A DNA stretch of 64,000 bases, from NCBI GenBank assembly GCA_965215015.1, contig OZ244042.1, positions 5,824,001 through 5,888,000 on the forward strand, given 5' to 3'. Positions 30,873 through 40,128 of the stretch are shown here, piece after piece. The position numbers and the translations under genes are program-made. Each line of letters starts with the position of its first letter. Position 1 is the first letter of the stretch. This DNA is from Candidatus Poribacteria bacterium. Its GTDB lineage: Bacteria > Poribacteria > WGA-4E > PCPOR2b. The notes under the pieces were generated by a model, which had not been told where the DNA came from, ran no database searches, and saw nothing but the letters and a program-made list of their open reading frames with translations.

Positions 30873-32937
30873 AATTCCGTGGGAGAACATAGGGGAACCG
30901 CTAGCAGAGTTGCTTCGGTATGAGCACAAGATTGGCTACTACGAGCACGCAGGCTACGCTTTGCTGTCAACGGTTGTCCATGAAATGGCAGATTCGGCGT
31001 GGCGGCGATTCCTTTTGACGGACAATAATTTCGCTGCAGTAGTTAGTCAGGTCATCGCGCTATCCGATAGGGGCTCCAAAAGCCCCAAAGAGGTTCTTGA
31101 CTCAATCCACGAACTTGTCCACGCCGCTCACACCCATACGCCAGAAGGATCTGTACCGTTCCTGAAAGCATATCTAAAGTACAGACCGAGTTTCCCAGGG
31201 GCTATCCGAGAGGGATTGGACGCGCTCTCAATGCAGGGAAAACGTCAGCTAGCTCTTCGTGCAATCGCTTTTGCAGCGGAGATGGAGCGTCTCCAACCGT
31301 TCCAGCCACACACTGAAATGGCAGCGGTGGTGTCCGAACATTGGTACGAACAGATTCTTGGCGGGAACCTAACCGTGCCTCAAGCGCGTAGAATACCCGC
31401 GCAGATACTCACCGCGAAAAAGCACTTGTTCAACCACCTGCGCCGGACCGAAGAAGATAGCCAGATCGATGAAGAGACCGTCTTCGATAGATATGCAGAC
31501 GTATTCAAGTCAACCGATATTTTAGCTGTGACGGATATCATCGTTAGTATGCACCGTTTCAATCTGATACGTCAGTTTCATGTTAAGTTCCGATTTATTC
31601 CCGAAAATCGGGATCGTTGTAGAGATCGGAACGCTCTTACAACCTTGGAGTTTGATGTGAAACAGATTGAACTTTTCCTAAAGAACTTCCCGAAGGCGGA
31701 GGTGTTAAACCGCTTTGAGAAATTAGAGGAGTGGCTGGGTAAATACCACAAGACAAATCACGATGGCACGATATTAACCCCACCCCTAATTGATTTTCTA
31801 TCAAAGGGTTCGGACTTTGACGCTCTTCTAGATGAACTCGACCGATATAGAGCGGATACGCGGAACGGGCGATTCGATATAAACAACATCTTGCAACGAG
31901 ATCTGGAATTCAGACGCTTCGCCTACGAGTACACACGCGTTCTAGAACCGCTGACCTATCAACTCCAGAATCGCTATCCACCGCCGAAATCGAACGAAGA
32001 GCTGTACCGATTATTCAACCAACTTGAAGAACTGCCACCGGTTACCGCAGATGAACCCCATTTGAGCGAGCAACATCTCGCAGAAGTCGGTCGCACCGCA
32101 TACGAAGCCGCGGGATTTCTCAAATTTTTGAAAGGGTTTCGAGGGCGCACTAGTAGGCACATCGTGGTGGTGGGGAATGATCGTTACGGACGGCAGTGGG
32201 TTGTCGAACCTATCGAGGCATATCTCACAGAGGGGTTCACACTTAGGTATGACCGTGTACGCTCCGGCACTTCTACGAGACTGAGTGTTCCCGCTGCGTT
32301 CCCACGGGAATTCGTCAAAGAGATTAGTGAGGGGATGCCCCATATCGTCATTGTGGACGCCTCCCATGCACCACCGAGCAACGACGTGATGCAGCTTTCC
32401 CGCGGCCTCCGAGGTTATGCCCACTGGTTTGCTGTATTCAACGACCTCCGTGCCGAAGGCAACGTTGCCAGATACCAAGAGGAGAGCTCCCTTCCAGCGG
32501 AGCATTTCCCCGAACTGATGAAATGGCATGACTACATTGCGCGGAGACAGCAGTTACAGGAGTGGGTCTCACCGGGCCCGACTTACCGGGTGACGACTTG
32601 GGGGCCGGAGTTGAAAGACACCGTGATACTAGGGGACATGCAAGTGAAGCGTTATCCGGCGGTTTACCATGAGAAGATGGGGGGTGATTCGCCGTTGGTG
32701 ATTCTGGCAAACCCTATTATATATCGCATGGAGGGAGATGACCTTCCACATGCCCTGCGAGGAACCACGCCGCGCTACTTCGATGACCCCGAAGCCCACG
32801 CAGCAGACAGCATCGTGTTCGGGTTTGGCTCCCATGGGCTTGAAACTCGACTCAAGGGGATGAGCACAGAGCAATTCGTCCAGACAGTCCAGGGATACAT
32901 CAAGGGGGAGATTAATAGGTTGTTGAAGGATTCATGA
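30850..32937 (+). CDS. Hypothetical protein (about 695 aa)
   Basis: Long ORF with GGAGG RBS before ATG 30850; no confident family assignment. Confidence 0.75.
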   Translation: MTSTQKHKIPWENIGEPLAELLRYEHKIGYYEHAGYALLSTVVHEMADSAWRRFLLTDNNFAAVVSQVIALSDRGSKSPKEVLDSIHELVHAAHTHTPEGSVPFLKAYLKYRPSFPGAIREGLDALSMQGKRQLALRAIAFAAEMERLQPFQPHTEMAAVVSEHWYEQILGGNLTVPQARRIPAQILTAKKHLFNHLRRTEEDSQIDEETVFDRYADVFKSTDILAVTDIIVSMHRFNLIRQFHVKFRFIPENRDRCRDRNALTTLEFDVKQIELFLKNFPKAEVLNRFEKLEEWLGKYHKTNHDGTILTPPLIDFLSKGSDFDALLDELDRYRADTRNGRFDINNILQRDLEFRRFAYEYTRVLEPLTYQLQNRYPPPKSNEELYRLFNQLEELPPVTADEPHLSEQHLAEVGRTAYEAAGFLKFLKGFRGRTSRHIVVVGNDRYGRQWVVEPIEAYLTEGFTLRYDRVRSGTSTRLSVPAAFPREFVKEISEGMPHIVIVDASHAPPSNDVMQLSRGLRGYAHWFAVFNDLRAEGNVARYQEESSLPAEHFPELMKWHDYIARRQQLQEWVSPGPTYRVTTWGPELKDTVILGDMQVKRYPAVYHEKMGGDSPLVILANPIIYRMEGDDLPHALRGTTPRYFDDPEAHAADSIVFGFGSHGLETRLKGMSTEQFVQTVQGYIKGEINRLLKDS

Positions 32938-32991
32938 TCCTTATGGAGGATTACAATTTAAGAATCCTACAACGTTTTGGAGGAACCGATT

Positions 32992-33813
32992 ATGGCAAAA
33001 ACAATTATTTCGGTGGCGGTGGTCGGGTCGGGACCCACCAAGGAGATGAATCCTGCCGTACCGTATACACCCAAGGATATTGCACAAGCGGCGATTGAAT
33101 GCAGTCGCGCGGGGGCATCGATCACACACATTCATGTGCGTGACCCGGAAACGGGGATCGTCTGTTCAAGGCTTGAGCTCTTCGCAGAGGTTGTGGATCG
33201 GATTCGCCAAGAGTGCGATATCCTGATCAACCTCACAACGAGCGGAGGAAACATATCCGGAAAAAACATCATTGAGGAACGCCTTGAGCCTGTTACGCTA
33301 AAGCCAGAAATCTGTTCCCTTGATGTCGGCTCAATGAACTTTGGAGATCGCATGTTTCTCAATCCGCCGGAGTGGGGACGGGCTGCGGCGCAACGGATGC
33401 GTGAGCAGGGCGTCAAGCCTGAAATCGAAGTCTTCGACGCGGGGCACATGCGGCAGGCACTACACTTAATTAATGACGGACTATTTGAGGATCCGCCGTT
33501 TGTCCAATTGTGTATGGGGGCTGGCTGGGGTATCGAAGCGACGCCGGAGAGCTTACTGTTTATGAAGAACTTATTGCCACCCGGTATTCCTTGGTCCGTT
33601 TTGGGTGTCGGTCGAACTCAGTTGCCGATGATTACGATGGGCATCATTCTCGGCGGTCATATTCGCGTCGGTTTTGAAGACAATATTTATCTCCGCAGGG
33701 GGGTCCTGTTAAAAAGCAACGCCCAGATGGTCGAGGTCGCGGTGAATTTGGTTGAGCAGCTACAAGGCGAGGTTGCTACACCTAGCGACACACGTCAAAT
33801 CCTTGGGATATAA
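32992..33813 (+). CDS. Beta-keto acid cleavage enzyme (BKACE/Kce, DUF849)
   Basis: NPAVP.TP, AGA...HIHVRDP, KPE.CSLD.GS.N, GHIRVG.EDN. Confidence 0.92.
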   Translation: MAKTIISVAVVGSGPTKEMNPAVPYTPKDIAQAAIECSRAGASITHIHVRDPETGIVCSRLELFAEVVDRIRQECDILINLTTSGGNISGKNIIEERLEPVTLKPEICSLDVGSMNFGDRMFLNPPEWGRAAAQRMREQGVKPEIEVFDAGHMRQALHLINDGLFEDPPFVQLCMGAGWGIEATPESLLFMKNLLPPGIPWSVLGVGRTQLPMITMGIILGGHIRVGFEDNIYLRRGVLLKSNAQMVEVAVNLVEQLQGEVATPSDTRQILGI

Positions 33814-33899
33814 AACCAAACGTGAAGCGTAAAGACGCGAAAAAGAGAAAAATTCTTGTGTCTCTGCGTCCTTTCGTTTCATTTTTCAGATGATGTTAG

Positions 33900-34874
33900 T
33901 TGAGTGCATCGATTCACGTAAGAAACGCAGATCTGCGTTCCCTACTAATGACACTTTTGTTGAACGGTTGCGTGCATAGAAAGAGATTGATTCGCCGGAT
34001 GTTACAAACAAAGGGTTTACAGGAATTTCTAGAAGGCGTTACTGAGGAGATTGTTGAGTGGCGGATGCTCAATATGGATTCCGAGCTGGTCACAGCCAAT
34101 CTGAGTCGTACAATCGGTCCCGGCATTCACAATACCCTCAGTCCCCACTGGAATTTTAACGCCAAACGCGGTGACGGGGTGGTTCCAGTTAATAACATTC
34201 TGAAATTTGAGACCTTTGGTGAGCCCTGTCCTTTGGGCACGAAGCTGCTGCAGAAAACGCGATTACGACTGGTGACAACACGGGACGAGAACGGGCTGCT
34301 GAAACGCAGTCATTTAGCGATGAACTGCGAATTGTTCAATAAAAACACAGACTCCCAGCGACCAGTCGGACGCGCTGAATTTTGGATGGCACTCACCCGT
34401 CCGCTCGCTCCCCCAGGCCAACATAAGCCAACCGATGTGCCGGAGGCACTCAAGTTCTTGAAAGAACATGAGGCAATCGAAAGTGATCTGGTCAGCCGGG
34501 ATATTGAGTCGTACCGCTGCCGGGCACCCGCCGACGGACAATCCTTCCATGACACGATGCCGTTGGTCTTCCATATGGACAGATCGGATATCTACCGTCA
34601 CATTAATACGAGTGTGTACATGAACCAAGCCCAGGATTACCTAGCACTCCTGTACCACAAAGTTGGCGGGGATGCCGGGCGGCTGCGATTCCGTGAAATC
34701 ACAATCTATTTTCGTAAACCTTTTGTACCGGGACAGGGGGCAGAGGTAGAGTTAGACCTCGTTGAGTGGGCGGACCGATTCCGTGGTGCTGTTCGTTTCT
34801 ATCATTGTGATGGTGAAAGGGGCAGAAGTGAGCGGATCTCGATGGCAATGGAAACGCGGGGGCCCCTACATTGA
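33900..34874 (+). CDS. Putative double hot-dog (acyl-ACP/acyl-CoA) thioesterase
   Basis: SDIYRHIN..VY resembles the D..HVNN..Y motif; I.FRKP..PG motif. Confidence 0.5.
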   Translation: MSASIHVRNADLRSLLMTLLLNGCVHRKRLIRRMLQTKGLQEFLEGVTEEIVEWRMLNMDSELVTANLSRTIGPGIHNTLSPHWNFNAKRGDGVVPVNNILKFETFGEPCPLGTKLLQKTRLRLVTTRDENGLLKRSHLAMNCELFNKNTDSQRPVGRAEFWMALTRPLAPPGQHKPTDVPEALKFLKEHEAIESDLVSRDIESYRCRAPADGQSFHDTMPLVFHMDRSDIYRHINTSVYMNQAQDYLALLYHKVGGDAGRLRFREITIYFRKPFVPGQGAEVELDLVEWADRFRGAVRFYHCDGERGRSERISMAMETRGPLH

Positions 34875-34908
34875 AAACCGACCCCAGCGACGCAGAGACG
34901 ATGTTAGT

Positions 34909-34934
34909 ACATTGGCTCATTAATGAACCAATGT
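34909..34934. repeat. TTAA-centred palindrome (same family as 19526 and 27634)
   Basis: ACATTGGCTCATT|AATGAACCAATGT with one mismatch. Confidence 0.7.
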
Positions 34935-34964
34935 GTGGTTAATTTTAGATTAAGGAGGAGGACA

Positions 34965-36524
34965 ATGCGATACGACACAATCATCGTCGGAGCAGGGGCG
35001 GCTGGGGCGATACTTGCGGCCCGACTTACCGAAGATTCGGGACGCTCTGTCCTATTACTGGAAGCGGGGCCTGACTTCCCAAATTTTGAACAGCTTCCAG
35101 AGGAAATCAAGTACGGTTATGGGCAAGATCGCAATATCTGGGCAAGAGCCTTCGGTCGCCCGACCAAGTTCGGTTGGGGATACACCGCCCGTGTTACCGA
35201 CAGTGCCCCCACCATGTTCGTCCCGCGAGGCAAAATAGTTGGAGGCTCAAGCGCAGTGAACGCGCAGATCTTCCTCCGCGGCGTGCCCGAAGACTACGAT
35301 ACTTGGGCTTCCTTGGGCAACGACAAATGGAGTTACGAGGAATTACTCCCTTGCTTTCGCAGAAACGAGGCGGATCCCGACTATAGCGACTCCTATCATG
35401 GAAACACGGGGCCCATCCGCGCCCGACGTCACACATACGAGGAGTTGAACCCTGAACAAGCTGCCTTCTACGACGCAGCTCGGGAGTCTGGCTATCCGGA
35501 TTGTCCCGACCACAACGATCCGGACTCTACGGGGGTCGGTCCCCTCGCGCTCAATAATCCGGGGGGCATCCGCTGGAGCACGGCGATCGGCTACCTAAAT
35601 CCAGCACGCCATCGCCTGAACCTTACCATCAAGGCGGACTGCTTGGTACACCGTCTCCTTTTTGAGGGCAAGCGCGCTGTTGGCGTCCAGGTAGAGAGCG
35701 GCAGCGAGATGTTCAATGTCTATGGCGAGGAAATCGTTCTGTGCGGCGGCTCCATCGGTTCACCGCATATCCTCATGCTTTCGGGTGTTGGGCCCGCCGA
35801 TCATCTCAAGGCTGTTGGCATTCCCTTGGTGCATGACCTGCCGGGCGTTGGACAGAACCTAAGAGACCATCCACAGGTATCGGCCACCTTGAGGGTAAAG
35901 GAAGCCTTTGTGCCCGATGGTACAGAGCCACGGCTTCAGGTTGGGCTTCGATACACGGCAAAGGGGTCCGACCTACGCAATGACATGTTTCTCCTCCCAA
36001 CCGCTTTCGCCACCGAGGAAGGCTATCTCGTCGAATCGAACTCCGTGCCTCTAGGATTTCACGTTGCTGCTTGCATATACCTTGCCGTCGGCGCGGGCGA
36101 AATCCGGCTCGCCTCTGCCGATCCGCATCAACAACCCGCCTTGGATTATAATTACCTGACCGAGGCCTTTGACCGCGAACGACTACGCGAGTCTGTGCAC
36201 ATCGTCATTGATCTACTGGAACACGATGCCTTCAAAAAGCTGGTTGCGGAACGTCTTGCACCGACGGATGCCGATTTAGCGACGGACAAAGCCCTGGACA
36301 AATGGCTGCTGCGCCAAGTAACTACCAGCCACCACATCTCATCAACCTGCAAGATGGGCCCCGACTCCGATCCAATGGCTGTGGTTGATCAGTACGGTAA
36401 GGTCCACGGTGTCGAGGGACTGCGGGTAGCAGACGCTTCGATCATGCCCGACTGCATCCGCGCCAACACCAATGTGACTACTATGGTCATCGGAGAGCGT
36501 GTGTCGGACTTCATGAGGACGTGA
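34965..36524 (+). CDS. GMC oxidoreductase (choline dehydrogenase-like)
   Basis: GAGAAG, RGK.VGGSSAVN, VGQNL.DH, H..STCKMG, LRVADASIMP, NTN. Confidence 0.93.
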   Translation: MRYDTIIVGAGAAGAILAARLTEDSGRSVLLLEAGPDFPNFEQLPEEIKYGYGQDRNIWARAFGRPTKFGWGYTARVTDSAPTMFVPRGKIVGGSSAVNAQIFLRGVPEDYDTWASLGNDKWSYEELLPCFRRNEADPDYSDSYHGNTGPIRARRHTYEELNPEQAAFYDAARESGYPDCPDHNDPDSTGVGPLALNNPGGIRWSTAIGYLNPARHRLNLTIKADCLVHRLLFEGKRAVGVQVESGSEMFNVYGEEIVLCGGSIGSPHILMLSGVGPADHLKAVGIPLVHDLPGVGQNLRDHPQVSATLRVKEAFVPDGTEPRLQVGLRYTAKGSDLRNDMFLLPTAFATEEGYLVESNSVPLGFHVAACIYLAVGAGEIRLASADPHQQPALDYNYLTEAFDRERLRESVHIVIDLLEHDAFKKLVAERLAPTDADLATDKALDKWLLRQVTTSHHISSTCKMGPDSDPMAVVDQYGKVHGVEGLRVADASIMPDCIRANTNVTTMVIGERVSDFMRT

Positions 36525-36849
36525 CAAATCACTTTCTTGAAGCGAGGACGCCCACACTTTTTGCCGTGCTTCCGGTCAGCAAACATTTTCTGGTAGATGC
36601 TGGGAAAAGTCAGGAGCAAAGCTGCCAAAGTTGACATTTTGTCAAATGGGGATGGAATACGCGCTTCTCGTTGATTCAGCGGCGGTATAATACTCAAAAC
36701 GTATAATAGTTCTATGTATGATGAAGCAAGGTGCCGCTTATTGCCTCATTGGAAGTATGAGTTGGGCAAGATGCCCGCCCTACGAGGGCGTTGTGTTTTG
36801 ATACACCTAGGTTATTCTAGCATCTTGTTTTTAGATTATCCCCGTTATC

Positions 36850-38052
36850 CTATTTCCGTTGCCGTGAGGTTTCCGGCACCAACCAGAGGAAAATCGCTAC
36901 TGCCATATACCCAACTCCTGCGAGAACCAAAGCGGAAAGCCCCAGTCCTGACACATCTGCAATCTCACCGACGATCCAGGGCCCCGTTGCGTGACCGACA
37001 TCACCGATGAGCCGCCAGACCGAAAGGAACTCTCCTGTACCCTCGCGCGGAGCAAGATCTGCCCCCGTCGTCATCATTGTGCCAGAACCAAGCCCGTTAC
37101 CAAGTCCCATTACAATGCCTGCGATTAGTAGGGTCAAGTAGCTGCCTGTCAAAGGCACCATCGCCATTCCCGTTGCAAAAATGAAGAAGCAGGGAACGAT
37201 GGCGTATCTCCTACCAAACCGATCCATAATAAATCCCGCCACCGGAAACATCACCATATCGATAAATGAGGAGAGACTAAAGATCAGCCCCACTGTCTGG
37301 CGGTCTAGTCCGATGACATCGCGTCCATAGAGGATAATAATAATCCGCCGCCCCGCTCGGAGGGTTTGGACGCAGATTTGCCCCAATCCAGCTGTGAGTA
37401 AGGCACGATAGTGTGCTTTTAATATATCAATGAATTGTTTCAGGTGCAGCCGCCGGGGACCTACCACTGAAGGACGTTTTGTTTCGTGAATGAAGAAAAG
37501 GCAGAATAGAAAATTGACCCCCATAATCGCTGCACAGGCAAAGAATGGAGCACTCAACCCGTAATGCTTACCGATGAAACCGCCAATGGCCGGCCCTAAA
37601 AAAGTGCCGATTCGACTCACCCCCCCGAACATTGCAAGCGATCTGCCACGTTCGGGAATTGGGACGGCATCCGTCAAATAGGTATATCGCGCAATAGTCC
37701 ATAAGGCACTGCCGACTCCCGCGATAAGTTGGTAGATGATTAGCTCAAAGACAGTGTGGGCAAGTCCGACGCCGAGGGTCGATAATCCCACCACGGCAGC
37801 ACCGATTAACATTGACGCTTTGCGGCCCGTCCGTTCGATCAAGATGCCGGCGGGCACATCAGCGATCAAGACACCGACACCTTGCATACCGAGGACTAGC
37901 CCCATCAGGCTATAGGAAGGATTAAAAGATTTTGCGTATTCAGGGAAGATTGGGATGAGGATCCCACCGCCGACGGAAAGCAGAAACGCGGGGAAATAGA
38001 TCGGCAGGATAAGCGAGCGCCGCGTAAACGGTTGCTCTCGTAAATTCTGCAT
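36850..38052 (-). CDS. Major facilitator superfamily transporter
   Basis: About 12 hydrophobic segments; G..ERTGRK and G..MDRFGRR motifs. Confidence 0.9.
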   Translation of the reverse strand: MQNLREQPFTRRSLILPIYFPAFLLSVGGGILIPIFPEYAKSFNPSYSLMGLVLGMQGVGVLIADVPAGILIERTGRKASMLIGAAVVGLSTLGVGLAHTVFELIIYQLIAGVGSALWTIARYTYLTDAVPIPERGRSLAMFGGVSRIGTFLGPAIGGFIGKHYGLSAPFFACAAIMGVNFLFCLFFIHETKRPSVVGPRRLHLKQFIDILKAHYRALLTAGLGQICVQTLRAGRRIIIILYGRDVIGLDRQTVGLIFSLSSFIDMVMFPVAGFIMDRFGRRYAIVPCFFIFATGMAMVPLTGSYLTLLIAGIVMGLGNGLGSGTMMTTGADLAPREGTGEFLSVWRLIGDVGHATGPWIVGEIADVSGLGLSALVLAGVGYMAVAIFLWLVPETSRQRK

Positions 38053-38065
38053 AATCGGGTTTTCG

Positions 38066-39133
38066 CTATCCGTACCTTTCTCGAAGAATTTCTGCTGCTT
38101 TCGCTTCGTTTTTGAGCTTCTGGTATGCCTCGTCGATGGGGATTTCTGCGGCACTGCCGGGCGCAAATCCGCAGTCTGGATTCAAGGTGATACGTTCAGG
38201 ACTCAAGTGGCACAGTGCATTTTCAACGCGTGCAATAATCTCTTCAGGTGTATCGATATGCTCGCCTCGACAATCAACGCAGCCAAGACCAACCGTTTTA
38301 TCTTCCGGGATCCCCTTTAGCACGGCAAGGTCACCGGCGACTGGAATCGTGAACTCCATCAGGTACTGATCGACTTTGAGCCGTTTCAGGTGGGACAAGA
38401 TCGGTTCATATCCCCCTTCGCCAATCCAGCCGTCACGCCCCTTATTGCGCCGACAGAGGTGGATGGCAATCTGAATCCCGTCAACATTCCTGATAATCTG
38501 ATTCAGCAGATCAACACACAAATCCATCTCACGCTCAGGATTTTCGTAACTCGCCCTGACGGACTCATCGACAAAGAGGCACAAATGCGGGTCATCAAAC
38601 TGAGCGACGGCTGCCCCTGCATCCCTGACAGCGATAAGTTCATTCTGCAAAATATCGACGAGATCATACATGAATGCCTCGCGCGTTGGATAAGCGTCCC
38701 GCGATTTTTCCGGGTCCCACATCCGCTGTCCCAATAGATATGGGGACGGGAGACACACCTTTGTCAGTCGATCAGTGTGCTGCTTTAGAAATGCAGCCTC
38801 CGCCGCGACAATCCCCGGCTGCTTGAGGCGTATTTTATCAACAGCGGTTGTCCAGTGCATGCCCTTGTGCATACTCAACTCGAATCCACTTGCGATGTCT
38901 GCGATCACACCGATGTAGGAACGCCGCCGCCACTCGCCATCAGAAATGATATCGATCCCGGCAGCTTCCTGTACCGCAATGATGTATTGTACGGCGGCGT
39001 CCATCTCTTTTTGTGTCTCGGTTTCGGAGTGCTGCGATGCGTTTTCGAGTGCAAGTAAATCGCGAACAAAATCAGATCGTGGCATGCTGCCCACAACGGT
39101 GGTTGGGAATAAGGGAAGTTGTTGATTTGACAT
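38066..39133 (-). CDS. Cobalamin-independent methionine synthase II family protein (core, C-terminal barrel only)
   Basis: TTVVGS.PR, SDGE.RR, Q.DDP, HLC Zn ligands, PDCGF. Confidence 0.88.
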   Translation of the reverse strand: MSNQQLPLFPTTVVGSMPRSDFVRDLLALENASQHSETETQKEMDAAVQYIIAVQEAAGIDIISDGEWRRRSYIGVIADIASGFELSMHKGMHWTTAVDKIRLKQPGIVAAEAAFLKQHTDRLTKVCLPSPYLLGQRMWDPEKSRDAYPTREAFMYDLVDILQNELIAVRDAGAAVAQFDDPHLCLFVDESVRASYENPEREMDLCVDLLNQIIRNVDGIQIAIHLCRRNKGRDGWIGEGGYEPILSHLKRLKVDQYLMEFTIPVAGDLAVLKGIPEDKTVGLGCVDCRGEHIDTPEEIIARVENALCHLSPERITLNPDCGFAPGSAAEIPIDEAYQKLKNEAKAAEILRERYG

Positions 39134-39169
39134 AGAAAATAGAACCCACAGTGTTGGTATCTACTGTTC

Positions 39170-39402
39170 GTAGTAGCGCAATTCATTGCGCGTGAAATGG
39201 GTGCTGTTGCACCACAGCGTCGGTATCTATACGACTCACAACGCCCGATTCATCAGGCAACTACAATTCTCCGACAGTCGTAGGCACGCCCCGCGCCCCC
39301 TCCCCCTGCTTGCGGGGGGACTGAGGGGGGTAGCCGCATGCCGACTCCCTTAAAGACGCGGGTTGAAGGGCGCGCCTACAAACTCAAGAGCGTAACTCCT
39401 AA
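39170..39402 (+). repeat. Composite REP/MITE-like element
   Basis: GTAG-type REP at 39170-39193 plus a ~200-bp block homologous to the reverse complement of 47749-47930; ends GAGCGTAACTCCTAA. Confidence 0.75.
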
Positions 39403-39422
39403 TAGAATTAGTATGACATGCT

Positions 39423-39969
39423 TTACACCCGCATCTCCGAGAGCGCATTCTCATAACCGGCGTAGGTCACACCATCAAAGAGAACGAAACGCACCTCTTC
39501 GATCCCATCATGCCCTTCTAGAAATTCTTTTACCGCATTGAGGGCCGTAGTTGCTGCTTTGTCAATCGGGTAGCCGTAGATGCCCGTGCTGATCGATGGG
39601 AATGCAATCGTCTTGATGCCGCCCTCAAGTGCAAGGCTCAAACTTTCCCGGTAACAGCTGGCGAGGAGGTTGGGTTCACCTGCGTTTCCGCCCCGCCAGA
39701 TCGGCCCCACGGTGTGGATGACATACTTCGCAGGCAGATTGCCCCCCGTCGTGATTACCGCACTCCCCGTCGGACAGCCCCCCTGCTTGGCACGGATTTC
39801 GTTACATTCCGCCATAATCGCCGGCCCCCCCGGCGCTGTGAATTGCGCTGTCAACGCCGCCATCGCCCATGAGTTGTTCATTCGCAGCGTTGACAATCGC
39901 ATCAATCTGTTCTTTTGTAATATCTCCTTGAACAAGAGTGAAAGTCGTTTGGCTAATTGTGATTTGCAT
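39423..39969 (-). pseudogene. Macrodomain O-acetyl-ADP-ribose deacetylase (YmdB-like), frameshifted
   Basis: GDIT....[17 protein letters not shown] in one frame and GNLPAKYVIHTVGP...FPSISTGIYGYP in another; the shift is at a G7 run (39825-39831). Confidence 0.85.
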
Positions 39970-40011
39970 AAATCCCTCCGTACGTAAAACATGAAGATTA
40001 GAAGACGGGAC

Positions 40012-40081
40012 AATGAACTGCTGAACCAATGAACTCTTGAACGATGTGGTAACAACAGCATCGCTAACCTGTACCAAAAGG
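40012..40081 (+). repeat. ~90-bp dispersed repeat (degenerate copy)
   Basis: TGAAC octamers plus GAACGATGTGG..ACAACAGC similar to 2345-2434. Confidence 0.6.
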
Positions 40082-40128
40082 CATTGACCAATAAATGTAA
40101 CGTGCAATGTTCCTGTGTGCGGGCGGGG

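Noticed and set aside
39227-39240. TATACGACTCAC resembling a T7 promoter (also at about 47895 on the minus strand)
   Set aside because: Only a partial match, lying inside a dispersed host repeat with no phage context
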